Assembly (NCBI GenBank): GCA_036630325.1
Contig: CP142733.1
Coordinates: 1,054,001 to 1,094,101 of the forward strand
Source: Vairimorpha necatrix
Lineage: Eukaryota
DNA length: 40,101 nt
Direction of reading: 5' to 3'
The notes beneath the pieces are model-generated. The model saw nothing but the letters and a program-made list of their open reading frames with translations. It was not told the DNA's origin and searched no databases. A program made the translations under genes and the position numbers. Positions within the stretch are counted from its first letter, which is position 1, and every line of letters begins with the position of its first letter. Below, piece after piece: positions 37,001 to 40,101 of this stretch.

Positions 37001-37218
37001 TGAAAAGTATGAAAGGAAGATTTACAAGTGTTGGTAAAATAATGGGAAAGTGTGAGAATGATTCTTATATTGTAAGGACTGATAGCAAAAGATACATTAA
37101 AAAACGACATTATGACCTAAAAGATTATAAAATGATAAATTAGAAGCTTGTAACGTGAGACTACACTTCTGGAGGGGGATGTTAGGGTTGAACTTTCCTA
37201 TTAAATAAATGTATAACA
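34060..37218 (+). mobile_element. Decayed full-length Ty3/Gypsy LTR retrotransposon with ultra-short LTRs (3159 bp)
   Basis: LTRs TGTTA...TAACA at 34060-34097 (38 bp) and 37180-37218 (39 bp). TSD TATAA on both sides, TGG right after the 5' LTR, PPT GGAGGGGGA before the 3' LTR, and RT-RH-IN domain order. Confidence 0.9.
34097..37143 (+). pseudogene. pol: gag-pol pseudogene: short gag with zinc knuckle, RT, RNase H, integrase
   Basis: CFICRRVGFIVRSC (about 34504-34545). RT: WISPIRPIELPNG, DPYELPLI, IDLKKGF, GFKNAS, YMYDII (YMDD mutated). RH: TDACD...GAILLQ, KKEMLAV, ITDH, RW...IQEFDF. IN: HEELNHRG..WYWPGM..C, TDNGKEF, SNGRIE. Many stops and frameshifts. Confidence 0.9.
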
Positions 37219-37379
37219 TATAATCATTAATCTGAAAAAAAATACTTGAATTATAAAGATAGTTAAATAAATTTTATCTAAAAATTTTCATTTTTTATTT
37301 ATTTTAGTTACATATTGATGTAACTGAATTTTTTTAAAACAAAATATTTAGAAATGTTTGAGGGCTAAAAGCATACGTG

Positions 37380-40101
37380 TTAGGTAGGTTAGGTAGGTTA
37401 GGTAGGTAGGTGGTTAGGTTAGGTAGGTTAGGTTAGGTAGGTTAGGTAGGGTAGGTAGGTAGGTAGGTAGGTTAGGTAGGTAGGTAGGTTAGGTAGGTAG
37501 GTAGGTTAGGTAGGTAGGTTAGGTAGGTTAGGTAGGTTAGGTAGGTTAGGTAGGTTAGGTAGGTTAGGTAGGTAGGTAGGTAGGTTAGGTAGGTAGGTAG
37601 GTTAGGTAGGTAGGTTAGGTAGGTTAGGTAGGTTAGGTTAGGTTAGGTTAGTTAGGTAGGTTAGGTGTTAGGTTAGGTTAGGTTAGGTTAGGTAGGTAGG
37701 TTAGGTAGAGGGTAGGTTAGGTAGGTTAGGTAGGTAGGTTAGGTAGGTAGGTAGGTGGTGGTAGGTTAGGTAGGTTAGGTTAGGTTAGGTAGGTTAGGTA
37801 GGTAGGTAGGTTAGGTAGGGTAGGTTAGGTAGGTTAGGTAGGTGGTAGGTGGTAGGTTTAGGGTAGGTAGGTTAGGTAGGGTAGGTAGGTAGGTTAGGTA
37901 GGTATAGGTAGGTTAGGTAGTAGGTTAGGTAGGTAGTAGGTTTTAGGTTTAGGTAGGTTATAGGTTTAGTTAGGTAGGTTAGGTAGGTTAGGTTAGGTAG
38001 GTTAGGTAGGTTAGGTAGGTTAGGTAGGTAGGTTAGGTTAGGTAGGTTAGGTTAGGTAGTAGGTAGGTAGGTTAGGTAGGTTAGGTTAGGTAGGTTAGGT
38101 AGGTAGGTTAGGTTAGGTTAGGTAGGTAGGTTAGGTAGGTTAGGTAGGTTAGGTAGGTTAGGTAGGTAGGTTAGGTAGGTAGGTTAGGTAGTAGGTTAGG
38201 TAGGTTAGGTAGGTAGGTAGGTAGGTAGGTTAGGTAGGTAGGTAGGTAGGTTAGGTTAGGTTAGTAGGTTTAGGTAGGTAGGTAGGTAGGTTAGGTAGTA
38301 GGTTAGGTAGGTTAGGTAGGTTAGGTAGGTTAGGTAGGTTAGGTAGGTTAGGTAGGTAGGTAGGTAGGTAGGTAGGTTAGGTTAGGTAGGTTAGGTAGGT
38401 AGTAGGTTAGGTAGGTTAGGTAGGTAGGTAGGTTAGGTAGGTTAGGTAGGTAGGTTAGGTAGGTTAGGTAGGTAGGTAGGTTAGGTAGGTAGGTTAGGTT
38501 AGGTTAGGTAGGTAGGTTAGGTAGGTAGGTTAGGTAGGTTAGGTAGGTAGGTAGGTAGGTAGGTAGGTTAGGTAGGTAGGTTAGGTTAGGTAGGTAGGTA
38601 GGTTAGGTAGGTAGGTTAGGTAGGTTAGGTAGGTAGGTTAGGTAGGTAGGTTAGGTAGGTTAGGTAGGTTAGGTTAGGTAGGTTAGGTAGGTTAGGTAGG
38701 TAGGTTAGGTAGGTTAGGTAGGTTAGGTAGGTTAGGTTAGGTAGGTTAGGTAGGTTAGGTAGGTAGGTAGGTTAGGTAGGTAGGTTAGGTAGGTAGGTTA
38801 GGTAGGTTAGGTAGGTTAGGTAGGTTAGGTAGGTAGGTAGGTTAGGTAGGTAGGTTAGGTAGGTAGGTAGGTAGGTAGGTAGGTAGGTTAGGTAGGTTAG
38901 GTAGGTTAGGTAGGTTAGGTTAGGTAGGTTAGGTAGGTTAGGTAGGTTAGGTTAGGTAGGTAGGTAGGTAGGTTAGGTAGGTAGGTTAGGTAGGTAGGTT
39001 AGGTAGGTTAGGTAGGTTAGGTAGGTAGGTAGGTAGGTTAGGTAGGTTAGGTAGGTTAGGTAGGTTAGGTAGGTAGGTGTAGGTTAGGTTAGGTAGGTTA
39101 GGTAGGTAGGTAGGTAGGTTAGGTAGGTAGGTAGGTAGGTTAGGTTAGGTAGGTAGGTTAGGTAGGTTAGGTAGGTTAGGTAGGTTAGGTAGGTAGGTAG
39201 GTTAGGTTAGGTTAGGTAGGTAGGTAGGTAGGTTAGGTAGGTTAGGTTAGGTAGGTTAGGTAGGTAGGTAGGTTAGGTTAGGTAGGTAGGTTAGGTAGGT
39301 AGGTAGGTTAGGTAGGTTAGGTAGGTTAGGTAGGTTAGGTAGGTTAGGTTAGGTAGGTAGGTAGGTTAGGTAGGTTAGGTAGGTAGGTTAGGTAGGTTAG
39401 GTAGGTTAGGTTAGGTTAGGTAGGTTAGGTAGGTTAGGTAGGTAGGTTAGGTAGGTTAGGTAGGTTAGGTAGGTTAGGTAGGTTAGGTTAGGTAGGTAGG
39501 TAGGTTAGGTAGGTTAGGTAGGTAGGTTAGGTAGGTTAGGTAGGTAGGTAGGTTAGGTAGGTTAGGTTAGGTAGGTAGGTTAGGTAGGTTAGGTTAGGTT
39601 AGGTAGGTTAGGTAGGTAGGTTAGGTAGGTTAGGTAGGTAGGTAGGTTAGGTTAGGTAGGTTAGGTAGGTTAGGTAGGTTAGGTTAGGTAGGTAGGTTAG
39701 GTTAGGTAGGTTAGGTAGGTTAGGTAGGTAGGTAGGTTAGGTAGGTTAGGTAGGTAGGTTAGGTAGGTTAGGTAGGTAGGTTAGGTTAGGTAGGTAGGTA
39801 GGTAGGTTAGGTAGGTTAGGTAGGTTAGGTTAGGTAGGTTAGGTAGGTTAGGTAGGTAGGTTAGGTAGGTAGGTAGGTAGGTTAGGTAGGTTAGGTAGGT
39901 TAGGTAGGTAGGTAGGTTAGGTTAGGTAGGTTAGGTAGGTAGGTTAGGTAGGTTAGGTAGGTTAGGTAGGTTAGGTAGGTAGGTAGGTTAGGTAGGTTAG
40001 GTAGGTTAGGTAGGTAGGTAGGTAGGTAGGTAGGTAGGTTAGGTAGGTTAGGTAGGTTAGGTAGGTAGGTTAGGTTAGGTAGGTTAGGTAGGTAGGTAGG
40101 T
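37380..40101 (+). repeat. Telomeric tract of mixed TAGG / TTAGG units
   Basis: About 2.7 kb of T(1-2)AGG running to the end of the window, with the G-rich strand oriented 5'->3' toward the end. Variant units are concentrated in the proximal part. Confidence 0.95.

Noticed and set aside
9007-37218. Gag-only element and micro-LTR pol element as a complementing two-part system
   Set aside because: The idea is attractive, but the LTRs, PBS regions and ages differ and neither supplies a protease. Nothing in the sequence links them.
37368-37377. AAAGCATACG just before the telomere, matching the Helitron 3' subterminal 10-mer
   Set aside because: There is no hairpin or CTAG, and a 10-mer match is plausible by chance.

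Overview
This is an extremely AT-rich eukaryotic chromosome end. It is most likely microsporidian (Nosema/Vairimorpha-like), inferred from intron-less ORFs with CCC/GGG motifs just upstream of the ATG, AATAAA next to stop codons, and the transposon families present. There are three probable host genes: an FCP1/NIF-type HAD protein and two putative secreted proteins of unknown function. The rest is mostly mobile DNA: a head-to-tail triple array of non-autonomous Helitrons (2595-4156), remnants of RLE-type non-LTR retrotransposons, a young Gag-only LTR element with identical 347-bp LTRs and a 5-bp TSD (9007-11070), two solo LTRs, and a Ginger/TDD-like integrase DNA transposon with TIRs and TSD (17774-20039). 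A decayed Ty3/Gypsy element (34060-37218) has LTRs of only 38-39 bp, a very short gag and no recognisable protease. About 160 bp later begins a 2.7-kb telomeric tract made of an irregular mix of TAGG and TTAGG units. All calls come from reading the sequence by eye; no database searches were run.
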